From Clostridia bacterium (GTDB taxonomy: Bacteria > Bacillota > Clostridia > Oscillospirales > CAG-272): DNA of 59,553 nt. The translations under genes were made by a program, and so were the position numbers. The stretch lies in contig JAFSCG010000106.1 in assembly GCA_017436885.1 (NCBI GenBank), positions 1 through 59,553 on the forward strand. Direction: 5' to 3'. The notes under the pieces were generated by a model, which worked only from the letters and a program-made list of their open reading frames with translations, did no database searches and was not told the origin of the DNA. Positions 17,708 through 25,706 of this stretch are shown piece by piece; within the stretch, counting starts at the first letter, position 1, and each line of letters opens with the position of its first letter.

Positions 17708-18660
17708 CACTTGCCTCCCAGGTAAGCACACAGCATAGCGCACGCGCCCTCCGCATCCTTAAGGCTTGCGGTCTCGGCGGAGGTGTGCAGATACTTGGCG
17801 GGAACCGATATGCCGCCCACAGCCGCACCTGCGCCAATGCTCTGCAGGGATATGCCCTCGCCTGCGTGCTCGGTGCTTATCTCGAATTGGAAGGGAACCT
17901 TTGCGGCTTTTGCGGCGTTCTCAAGCTCGGTGCAAAGGGCTCGGTCGCAGACTACGGCTGCGTCCTTCAGCTTTATTGCCGCGCCGTCGCCAACGCGGCA
18001 GCCCTCCTCGGGGCACAGCTCCACGCTGATGGCAATATGGGGCGCAACGTTGTACGCCGCAGCACAGGCACCGCGCAGACCCACGGTCTGGCGGTTGGTG
18101 AATACGAAGTAAATATCGTCGCTCACGTCGGCAAGCTTTTCTGCGGTCTTTATCAGTATCGCACAGGCAAGACGTCCGTCAAGGGCGGTGCCGCAGAGCT
18201 TGTTGCCGCTCTTTACAAGGCGGTGTGCGGTGGCAAAAAAGTCGCCGGGGCGAACCTTCTTTTCGGCTTCCTTGCCGTCCTTTGCGCCGACGTCAACGTG
18301 CATGCGGCGCACGTTAAGCTCGCCGCCCTCGGGAATAAGTATGCCCTTAGTGCCGTTTTCAAATACCACGTCGGCGTAAGCGGCGGAGGTAAGGTCGGGG
18401 CTTCCGCAGGCATCAAAGCGCACAAGTCCGTTCTTTTCCACGTAGGTGGCAACAAATCCGTGCTCGTCGCTGTGGGCGGCAAGCATTATTTTTTGCTTGC
18501 TTTCGCCCTTTCCCTTTTTCAGGCAGATAAGATTGCCCGTAGGGTCGGTGTATATCTCGTCGCAGTAGGGGGTCATCATGCCCTCGATCAGCTTGTTAAC
18601 AGTCGCCTCGCCCGTGGCAAGAGCGGTAACGGAAATGAGCTTTTTTAAAGTATTGTACAT
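17707..18660 (-). CDS. M42-family metallo-aminopeptidase (paralog 3 of 3)
   Basis: MLAAHSDEHGF and the overall pattern match M42 (FrvX/YsdC/CelM). AGGTGAT RBS. Confidence 0.8.
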   Translation of the reverse strand: MYNTLKKLISVTALATGEATVNKLIEGMMTPYCDEIYTDPTGNLICLKKGKGESKQKIMLAAHSDEHGFVATYVEKNGLVRFDACGSPDLTSAAYADVVFENGTKGILIPEGGELNVRRMHVDVGAKDGKEAEKKVRPGDFFATAHRLVKSGNKLCGTALDGRLACAILIKTAEKLADVSDDIYFVFTNRQTVGLRGACAAAYNVAPHIAISVELCPEEGCRVGDGAAIKLKDAAVVCDRALCTELENAAKAAKVPFQFEISTEHAGEGISLQSIGAGAAVGGISVPAKYLHTSAETASLKDAEGACAMLCAYLGGK

Positions 18661-18669
18661 AATATCACC

Positions 18670-19770
18670 TCAATAACTGTCTATCATGTCTGCGTTTTCC
18701 GCAATGGCACAGCAAAGGCGGAACACGGAGCGGTAATCGCTGCTTCCGATAACGCAAGCGGCGCTGTGTATGTATCGGGAAGGTGCGGAAAGGGCCAGGG
18801 TGCGTATGCCGCCAACGGCGCGGTGCACGCTGCCTGCATCGTTTCCGCCGGAAACGAACTTCTTTGTCTGTGCGGGGATATTCTTCTTTTCCGCAAGCTC
18901 CATAACAAAGCTTCTCATACCGCGGTCGTATACCGTGCTCCTGTCCATAAAGGAAACGGCTCCGCCCTCGCCCGTAATGGCAACCTTGCCGCTGTCGGGC
19001 ACGCCTGCGATGTCGGAGGCGGCGGTGCTTTCCAGAATAACGGCGTACTGCGGCTTTACTACCTCGCAGGCAACTGCCGCGCCGCTTGCTCCGATCTCCT
19101 CGCGCACGGTGAAGGCAAGCACCAGATTGACGGGAAGCTCGGCATATCTGTTTTTGTATTCCCGTGCCATGCATATCATCACGGCACAGCCGATGCGGTC
19201 GTCGATGGCCTTTGCCGCAAGCTTTTTGTCGTTCTCGCCGTAGTATTCAAAGGTGGGGATAAAGGTGCCGTAACAGCCCGTCTCCACAATGCCGTCCAGC
19301 TGCTCGCGGCTCGTTGCGCCCACGTCGATGAACAGCTCGTCGGTCCTTGGCAGCTGCTTTCTTTCGTCGGCGGACAGCATGTGCACGGGCTTTGTGGATA
19401 TAACGCCGAATACGTCGCGTCCGTCCACGGTGCGCACGGTAACGCGCCTGCCCATCATTGCCGTGGGCATAATGCCGCCAACGGTGGTAAAGTACAGCAG
19501 GCCCTCGGGGCTTACGCCCGTAATAAGGAAGCCGACCTCGTCCTTGTGGGCAAAGAACATCAGGGTCTTTTTGCTCGGGTCGCTTCCCAGATATGCGTAC
19601 GTATTGCCCAGGCGGTCGCTTTCCACTCGGTCGCAAATGCCCTTAAGCTCGGCTTTTATCAGCTCGTCGACCTCCTCCTCGCAGCCCGCGGGGCCGAAGG
19701 CAACGCAAAGCCGACGGAAAAGCTCCGTATCGGGAGTGATATTCTCAAGATCAAGTATGCTTCTCATCAT
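18670..19770 (-). CDS. M42-family metallo-aminopeptidase (paralog 2 of 3)
   Basis: LMFFAHKDEVGFLITG, DDRIGCAV and REEIGASGA motifs. Its start overlaps the stop of the upstream paralog. Confidence 0.85.
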   Translation of the reverse strand: MMRSILDLENITPDTELFRRLCVAFGPAGCEEEVDELIKAELKGICDRVESDRLGNTYAYLGSDPSKKTLMFFAHKDEVGFLITGVSPEGLLYFTTVGGIMPTAMMGRRVTVRTVDGRDVFGVISTKPVHMLSADERKQLPRTDELFIDVGATSREQLDGIVETGCYGTFIPTFEYYGENDKKLAAKAIDDRIGCAVMICMAREYKNRYAELPVNLVLAFTVREEIGASGAAVACEVVKPQYAVILESTAASDIAGVPDSGKVAITGEGGAVSFMDRSTVYDRGMRSFVMELAEKKNIPAQTKKFVSGGNDAGSVHRAVGGIRTLALSAPSRYIHSAACVIGSSDYRSVFRLCCAIAENADMIDSY

Positions 19771-20801
19771 TCTCCCCTTTCCGCAAATTCCTTGATAAGC
19801 CTTGCGGCGTTTACAAGATCGTTAAGGTCAACTATCTCCTCGGCGGTGTGCATACCCGAGAGGGGAATGCCCATCAGCACGCAGGGAATGCCCTGTCCCG
19901 TAATGTTCAGCGGGTCGGCGTCCGTTCCCGTTCTGCCGCCGTAGGCTATCTTCTGCACGGGAATATCCGTTTCCCTTGCTATGCTGTGCATGCGGGCTGT
20001 CAGCCTTTTGTCGCAAACGGGGGAGGCGGTCAGGCTGGGACCCTTGCCTCTCTTTACCGTTTTGTCCTCTCTCACGCCGGGGAATGCGGCAAACTCCGCG
20101 TCAAGCACTATGGCAATATCGGGCGCAATGTCAAAGCCGCCCGTGCGGGTACCGACACAGCCTACCTCCTCGCGTGCCGCAAGGTGGAGGTATACGTCGT
20201 ACTGCAGCTTTTCTCTGTCTGTTGCGGCAAGGGCGGCAATGGCAGAGGCACAGCTTGCCTTGTTATCAAAGCCGTGCCCGCTTACCGCGTCGAACATCAG
20301 CTCGCAGGGGCGGGATGCAAAGCCGCAAAGGGTGCCGACGCGCACCACGTCCTTTGCCTCGTTTCCAAGGGAGGTATCAAGCATCAGGGATGCAACGTCG
20401 GGTGCGGCACCTGCCTTGGACCTGTCCTGAAGATGGGGAGGGGTGGATGCGAAATACGCAGGCACGGTACGCGTGCCGTAAACGTTCATCCTTGCGGCGG
20501 GCAAAATGCGGGTGTCGATGCCGCCGACTCTGGCAACGGAAAGGAATCCGTCCTCCATTACCTTCGTAACCATAAAGCCTATCTCGTCAAAATGAGCGTC
20601 GATAAGCAGCTTCGGGGCGTTTTCCTTGCCGCAGGAAATGCCGAATATATGTCCTCCGCAGGTCTCCTTGCGATAGAAATCAAAGTATTCTCCCACAAGC
20701 TCGCACAGCTTGTCGCCTGCGTCGCCCTCCATGCCCGATACCGTTGGTATCTCGGAAAGAGCGAACAGCAGCTTTTTCAGTTCTTGTTTGTTCAGTTCCA
20801 T
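19767..20801 (-). CDS. M42-family metallo-aminopeptidase (paralog 1 of 3)
   Basis: LIDAHFDEIGFMVT, FDNKASCA and REEVGCVG motifs. AAGGAGAAAAAATG gives the RBS context. Confidence 0.85.
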   Translation of the reverse strand: MELNKQELKKLLFALSEIPTVSGMEGDAGDKLCELVGEYFDFYRKETCGGHIFGISCGKENAPKLLIDAHFDEIGFMVTKVMEDGFLSVARVGGIDTRILPAARMNVYGTRTVPAYFASTPPHLQDRSKAGAAPDVASLMLDTSLGNEAKDVVRVGTLCGFASRPCELMFDAVSGHGFDNKASCASAIAALAATDREKLQYDVYLHLAAREEVGCVGTRTGGFDIAPDIAIVLDAEFAAFPGVREDKTVKRGKGPSLTASPVCDKRLTARMHSIARETDIPVQKIAYGGRTGTDADPLNITGQGIPCVLMGIPLSGMHTAEEIVDLNDLVNAARLIKEFAERGE

Positions 20802-20850
20802 TTTTTCTCCTTATTTGTCGGGCGAACGCAGTTCGCCCCTACAGAGGTGG

Positions 20851-22308
20851 TCAAAGATTCTTTACAAGCTCTTTGAAGTGTCTGCCGCGTACCTCGAAAT
20901 TGGGAAAAGCATCGAAGCTTGCGCAGGCAGGGGAGAGGATAACGCGGTCTCCCGCCACGGCTATTTTGCTTGCGGCGCGTACCGCATCGTCAAATAGGGG
21001 TTCCTTTATTATTATAAGACCGCTTTCTGCGGTAAGGGGGCATTCCTCCAGCGCCTTGCCTATCTTGGGACCCGCCTCTCCCGTCAGCACCACGGCCTTT
21101 GCCTTCCTGCACAGGTTTTCCGCAAGAGGCGCAAAGGGAATGTTTTTGTCCGAGCCGCCGCAGATAAGTATGCTGTTACTGTCCTTGAAGGTGGAAAGGG
21201 CGGCGGCGGTGCGTGTGGGGCTGGAATCTATGGAGCTGTTGTAATAACGCACTCCGTCCTTTTCGCGCACCAGCTCAAGGCGGTGCTCCACACCGCCGAA
21301 GGTGGGAGCAACGGCTTTCATTGCCTTGCTTACCGTTTGCATATCAAAGCCGCAGGCGATCACAGCGCCGCAGGCGGCCATGTAATTTTCGCGGTTGTGC
21401 TTGCCGGGGAGCAGGATGTCCGCCTCGTTTATAATGGAAACGGGCTCGTTATCTTCGCATTGAGCGTAGATAACGCCGTCTTCAAGCCAAAGCCTGCAGT
21501 CGCCGCCCGCGGGCCGCTTTTCGGAGGAAAAGAGCGTTACGCGTTTTGGGGTGCAAGAGCCTTTGCTCGCGCTCGCCGTTGCCGCGGCAAGCTCGGCACA
21601 GATGGCGTTTTCCGCATTTGTGATAAGTGCCTTGCATTCCTTGTGGCGGAATATATTGGTCTTTGCCGCAACGTATTCGTCCATGTCGGTATGCCAGTTC
21701 AGATGGTTTGGCGAAAGATTGGTAACCACCGCAACGTCCACGCTTCTCTCGGCGCATTGCAGCTGGAAGCTGGAAAGCTCGCAGACCGCAACGTCGTTTT
21801 CCCCAAGCTCACGGGTGAGAGGGATAAGCGGAATTCCGATGTTGCCGCCCACAAGTGCCTTGCGTCCGTTGCCCGAGGTCTTCATCGCCTCGTTTAACAG
21901 CAGTCCCGTCAGGGTCGTGGTGGTGGTCTTTCCGTCGCTTCCCGTAATGCCTACCGTGGCGCAGGGGCATATCTCCAAAAACAGTTCCGCCTCGCTTGTA
22001 AGCGTTGCGCCGCGCTTTACCCCCTCGGCGAAGGCGGGAATATCGGGGCGCAGACCCGGCGCGCGGAATATTACGTCCTCGTCAAGGTCGCAAAGATATT
22101 TTTCGCCGCAGAGAAGGGAAGCGCCCCTTCCCTCAAGCTCCGCAATTTTTGGGGAAAGCTTTTCCTTTTCCTTGGAATCCCGCAGCGTCAGCGTGCCGCC
22201 TATATCAAGGAGATATTCCGCCAGCGGCACGTTGGAAACTCCCATGCCGACCACAGCGGTCCTTTTTCTTCCCACGGCATCAAGCAATGCCATACCCTTT
22301 TCCGTCAC
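20851..22308 (-). CDS. murD: UDP-N-acetylmuramoyl-L-alanine--D-glutamate ligase
   Basis: The ATP-binding loop GITGSDGKTTTTTL, and Mur-ligase middle and C-terminal domains colinear with MurD. GTG start at 22308 after GGAGG. Confidence 0.9.
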   Translation of the reverse strand: MTEKGMALLDAVGRKRTAVVGMGVSNVPLAEYLLDIGGTLTLRDSKEKEKLSPKIAELEGRGASLLCGEKYLCDLDEDVIFRAPGLRPDIPAFAEGVKRGATLTSEAELFLEICPCATVGITGSDGKTTTTTLTGLLLNEAMKTSGNGRKALVGGNIGIPLIPLTRELGENDVAVCELSSFQLQCAERSVDVAVVTNLSPNHLNWHTDMDEYVAAKTNIFRHKECKALITNAENAICAELAAATASASKGSCTPKRVTLFSSEKRPAGGDCRLWLEDGVIYAQCEDNEPVSIINEADILLPGKHNRENYMAACGAVIACGFDMQTVSKAMKAVAPTFGGVEHRLELVREKDGVRYYNSSIDSSPTRTAAALSTFKDSNSILICGGSDKNIPFAPLAENLCRKAKAVVLTGEAGPKIGKALEECPLTAESGLIIIKEPLFDDAVRAASKIAVAGDRVILSPACASFDAFPNFEVRGRHFKELVKNL

Positions 22309-22460
22309 GTCTGCCTCCGTAATTGTAATGGTATTATATTATTATACTATTATAATCCCGTCACCGCAATAGCGTAGCTGTAAAATTCTCAAAAAAGTAA
22401 CATTTTGGGCGGTGCGTTCTGCTTTCGCGTATTTGCTTCAAATATTTTGCGTGTGGTTTG

Positions 22461-22489
22461 TTGACATTTGTTATCATATATGATAACAT
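22461..22489 (+). promoter_or_regulatory. promoter (TTGACA-17 nt-TAACAT with TG extension) overlapped by a perfect 20-bp palindromic operator
   Basis: TTGACA at 22461-22466. TGTTATCATATATGATAACA at 22469-22488 is its own reverse complement. It lies 21 nt upstream of the HTH-kinase ATG. Confidence 0.65.
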
Positions 22490-22509
22490 AGGCTCGGGGT
22501 GGTGATAAT

Positions 22510-23940
22510 ATGGTCAGTAATGAAATAGCAGAGCAGAGAAGTGATATTATAGCAAAGCTTGTTGCGGCAAGGCTTGAAAAAGGCATTACCCAAGCGGAGC
22601 TCGCCAATATGATAGGAACACAGCGCTCCAATATTTGCAGGCTTGAAAGCGGTGCGCAAAATCCCACTGTGGATATGCTTTTGAAAATATCTGCGGCACT
22701 GGGAAAAAGGTTGGAGCTTGAGTTGAGCGATAAGGAGGAAACGGTGGTGCAGACCTACGTTTTAAAGCTGTATGATACGGAGCTTTTAAGGTTTTCCCTT
22801 TCGGAGCGTGGCTTGGAGGGCTTGAAGGCCGAGCTGATATCTGTGAACAAAGATCTGCAGCCTCTTTTCCCATACGGGCTTGAACTCACGGGAGAAGGGG
22901 TGATCTCCTGGCTGAAAAGCCGTGTCGTTCCCAAAAACAGACGCTTTGTGGCGGAGATACTTGCGTCCTTTGGGTTGAATGCAAATGATACGAAGGGAAT
23001 TATAGACGTTTGCATGGGTCTTTCTCTTAACGATAGCTATTGGGTGGTAGAGGAGGATTTTAAAGGCAGCTTTGCAGATTACAATCTTTACGAAAACAGG
23101 TTTTCGGAGATACTGTCGCTTGTTGCTTATACGGGGGTTGAGCAAAGCCACGGCGGGTTTACCACCTCTCCGGAGCTTACCACGGGAGGAGCGCTGCCAA
23201 AGGCTTGGCGTTTTATAGATGGTGATGGCATATATCTTTATAAGGGCGGCAACGATATTCTCACACACGGGGGAAACGAGCCGTACAGCGAATATTATGC
23301 TTCACAGATCGCTTCGCAAATGGGACTTAATGCAGTTTGCTACGATCTTGAGAATTGGAAGGGTATTCTTGCCTCAAAATGCAAGCTTTTTTGCAGTATC
23401 GACGTTTCATACGTGCCTGTGTGGAGAGTGATACCCGACGTTACCATAAAGAAAGCTTTAGATCTTTATGACAGCCTTGGTGCGGATTTCGGCGAGCAGC
23501 TTCGCAGTATGCTTGCCTTTGATGCTCTTATATATAACGAGGATAGGCATTTCGGCAATTTCGGTCTGTTGCGTGATAACAAAACAGGAAGGTTTATTGC
23601 GCCTGCGCCCATGTTTGACCACGGTCATTCGCTTTTCAGTCAGGCGGCACCCGAAAAATTCGAGGATCTTGAAGCTTATTCAAAAACGTTAACAACTCCG
23701 TACGAAGGGCTGACCTTTGACAAAATAGCTGTGGAGGTCATTGGAAAATCACAGATCTCACAGCTTCGTAAAATGGCAAATTTCACTTTCAAGCGTCATG
23801 CCTCGCTTAATTTGGACGAAGGAAGATTGCAAAAGATAGAGGCGTTTATAAGGCGCAGGGCGGTTCAGCTTCTTGCCTTGGCAAAAAGCCATACACACGA
23901 AAAGAGATCGCTCCGTAAAGATCAAGACGCGGATGTGTGA
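22510..23940 (+). CDS. XRE-type HTH domain fused to a HipA-family Ser/Thr kinase (YjjJ/HipH-like)
   Basis: The N-terminus ITQAELANMIGTQRSNICRLESGAQNPTVDMLLKISAALG is HTH_3-like. HipA-like blocks are TTGGALPKAW (cf. SLAGAQxK), NEPYSEYYASQIA, FDALIYNEDRHFGNFGLL (catalytic loop) and APAPMFDHGHSL. Confidence 0.8.
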   Translation: MVSNEIAEQRSDIIAKLVAARLEKGITQAELANMIGTQRSNICRLESGAQNPTVDMLLKISAALGKRLELELSDKEETVVQTYVLKLYDTELLRFSLSERGLEGLKAELISVNKDLQPLFPYGLELTGEGVISWLKSRVVPKNRRFVAEILASFGLNANDTKGIIDVCMGLSLNDSYWVVEEDFKGSFADYNLYENRFSEILSLVAYTGVEQSHGGFTTSPELTTGGALPKAWRFIDGDGIYLYKGGNDILTHGGNEPYSEYYASQIASQMGLNAVCYDLENWKGILASKCKLFCSIDVSYVPVWRVIPDVTIKKALDLYDSLGADFGEQLRSMLAFDALIYNEDRHFGNFGLLRDNKTGRFIAPAPMFDHGHSLFSQAAPEKFEDLEAYSKTLTTPYEGLTFDKIAVEVIGKSQISQLRKMANFTFKRHASLNLDEGRLQKIEAFIRRRAVQLLALAKSHTHEKRSLRKDQDADV

Positions 23941-24012
23941 GATTCGTGGATATCACTTCCGCCATCAACTGTGCAGATTGCGGATGCTTTTGAACCGCAA
24001 AGAAGGATGTTT

Positions 24013-24513
24013 ATGAAAATTAAATTGTGCAGATACGGTAATTACTGCAATAAAAAATTGCTGTTGGGAACGGCTATTTATTGCGCGATAATATTGCTTC
24101 TTTTCCAGGATATCATTGCGGCTATAACGGGCATCTGTATTTTCCTTGCTTTTGCTCCGCTTGCCTATCCAAAGTCCTTTATCATGGACTACGAAATGAT
24201 AAAATACACCCGCATCCATCATTTGAACAACAGGTTCGGTCGCGGTAGCATTATAGTCAAGGTCAAATACGAGGTGTCGCATATATCGAAGATAGAATTG
24301 TTGCAAAATCCAATGGAAAAGCTTTTGGGGCTGGGACATTTAAGGTTTGTTGGTTATACATACCACGAGGCGAAAAAACACATGGACAGAATCGAGCCCG
24401 TGGTCGCTCATTGCCTTTACGGTGTGGTCATGAAAAAGCACAGGTCGGTAATTGAGGATTTTATAAAGAGCGTAAATGCTGGCGGAGAGAAGAATTATAG
24501 CAGCGAATATTGA
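24013..24513 (+). CDS. membrane protein with bacterial PH (bPH_2/YdbT-like) domain
   Basis: ORF trimmed to the ATG at 24013, after AGAAGGA. It has two N-terminal TM helices, then a beta-rich segment with LQNPMEKLLGLGHLRF, similar to the bPH_2 signature. The gene is AT-rich. Confidence 0.55.
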   Translation: MKIKLCRYGNYCNKKLLLGTAIYCAIILLLFQDIIAAITGICIFLAFAPLAYPKSFIMDYEMIKYTRIHHLNNRFGRGSIIVKVKYEVSHISKIELLQNPMEKLLGLGHLRFVGYTYHEAKKHMDRIEPVVAHCLYGVVMKKHRSVIEDFIKSVNAGGEKNYSSEY

Positions 24514-24546
24514 TATTGGCAAGCGCCGATGCGTATAATTGTAACA

Positions 24547-24756
24547 AAAGGGTCGTTAAAGCTAACGGCCCTTTTATTTTGGAGCGTGTATGGCGTTTTT
24601 CGATATGGTTTTATAGGCGTGGGCTTGGCGGCGGACGCCTTTGCCGCCGCGGTGGTGCGCGGACTGCGCATCGGCAGGCTGAGGGCCGCATGCCTTGCCT
24701 CCACGGCACTCACCTTTGCATTCTTTCAGGGGGCTATGACCCTTGCGGCAAAGTAA
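24547..24756 (+). pseudogene. truncated, frameshifted duplicate of the mntP 5' end (direct-repeat copy 1)
   Basis: 24581-24748 matches 31492-31660 except for one missing G (between 24612 and 24613, versus G31524) and G24692 versus A31604. From the ATG at 24590 the frame reads MAFFDMVL-stop. Homology ends at 24748. Confidence 0.85.
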
Positions 24757-24758
24757 TG

Positions 24759-25595
24759 CTATCGGAAATCCCTTGGGGAGATTCCGGTCCGCTTTTTAAA
24801 TTCGCGGGAAAAATGGCAGGGCTCTGTGTAGCCGCAAAGGTTGGCGACCTCGGAAACGCTCATGTGTCCCGATACCAGCAGATGCTTGGCATATTCAATT
24901 CTCTTTCGGATCACGTATTCCTTCGGGGATATGCCGAATTTGTTGTTGAATATCTTTCGCAAATACACCTCGCTCACGCCGCAGAGCTTTGCCAGATGCT
25001 CTATCGTTACGTCGCAGCTCATAAAATCACGTTCGATCGCTTCCAGTGCCGGGGCGATCATTTTTTGTTGGCCGCTTGGCATGTATTTCTTTTCGGTCTC
25101 CTTTTGCAGGTGATAGATAGCGTCGTAAGCTGCACGCATGGTCGCGGCAAAGCACGCAGGGGAACGGGACGACCATTCGACGCACGCTGTTTTGAAGCTT
25201 TTTTTAAGCTCGTCCGCATCTCGCAACGAAACGACGAAGGGTTCGCAGTCTATATCGGCGTCAAAGTTTATGGCGTAGCAATGACCGCCTTTTATTACTT
25301 TGATTTGGTAAGTGGAGTTTTTTGGGAGATAAAAAAGGCATTCGCCCTCCGTGCGCATAACACGCCCGTCGGAAAAGCAATAATCCTTTATTCCGTCTCC
25401 TGCCTCCATTACAAGCCCGTGAAAGGGACGGTCCTTGTGGAACATTTTGCCACAGTTCGGCGGGACGCAAAGGGCAAAATGTATTTTTGATATCAGCGTG
25501 TTTTCCCAGTCTTTTTTCATAGCGGATAAATCGGAACAATAGATCCGTTGCTCCTTTCGAAAAACTCTTGTTTTTTGAATAATCTGCTTAATCAC
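24759..25595 (-). CDS. AraC-family transcriptional regulator (cupin-like sensor domain plus 2 HTH_AraC motifs)
   Basis: The C-terminus IEHLAKLCGVSEVYLRKIFNNKFGISPKEYVIRKRIEYAKHLL...EVANLCGYTEPCHFSREFKKRTGISPRDF is the canonical AraC HTH pair. Confidence 0.88.
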   Translation of the reverse strand: MIKQIIQKTRVFRKEQRIYCSDLSAMKKDWENTLISKIHFALCVPPNCGKMFHKDRPFHGLVMEAGDGIKDYCFSDGRVMRTEGECLFYLPKNSTYQIKVIKGGHCYAINFDADIDCEPFVVSLRDADELKKSFKTACVEWSSRSPACFAATMRAAYDAIYHLQKETEKKYMPSGQQKMIAPALEAIERDFMSCDVTIEHLAKLCGVSEVYLRKIFNNKFGISPKEYVIRKRIEYAKHLLVSGHMSVSEVANLCGYTEPCHFSREFKKRTGISPRDFR

Positions 25596-25706
25596 GGCAA
25601 TTTTACGGGAATATTATAGCATTTTATTTCGAATACATCAAGTACTTTCGGTAATATCATTTTCAAAGATCATTTGCTGTGTATAATGAAAACAGAGGTG
25701 ATCGTT

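Noticed and set aside
24529-24756. 75-aa ORF that looks like a small membrane protein
   Set aside because: It is the out-of-phase remnant of the duplicated mntP 5' end. The authentic ATG (24590) frame terminates after 8 codons because of a 1-nt deletion.
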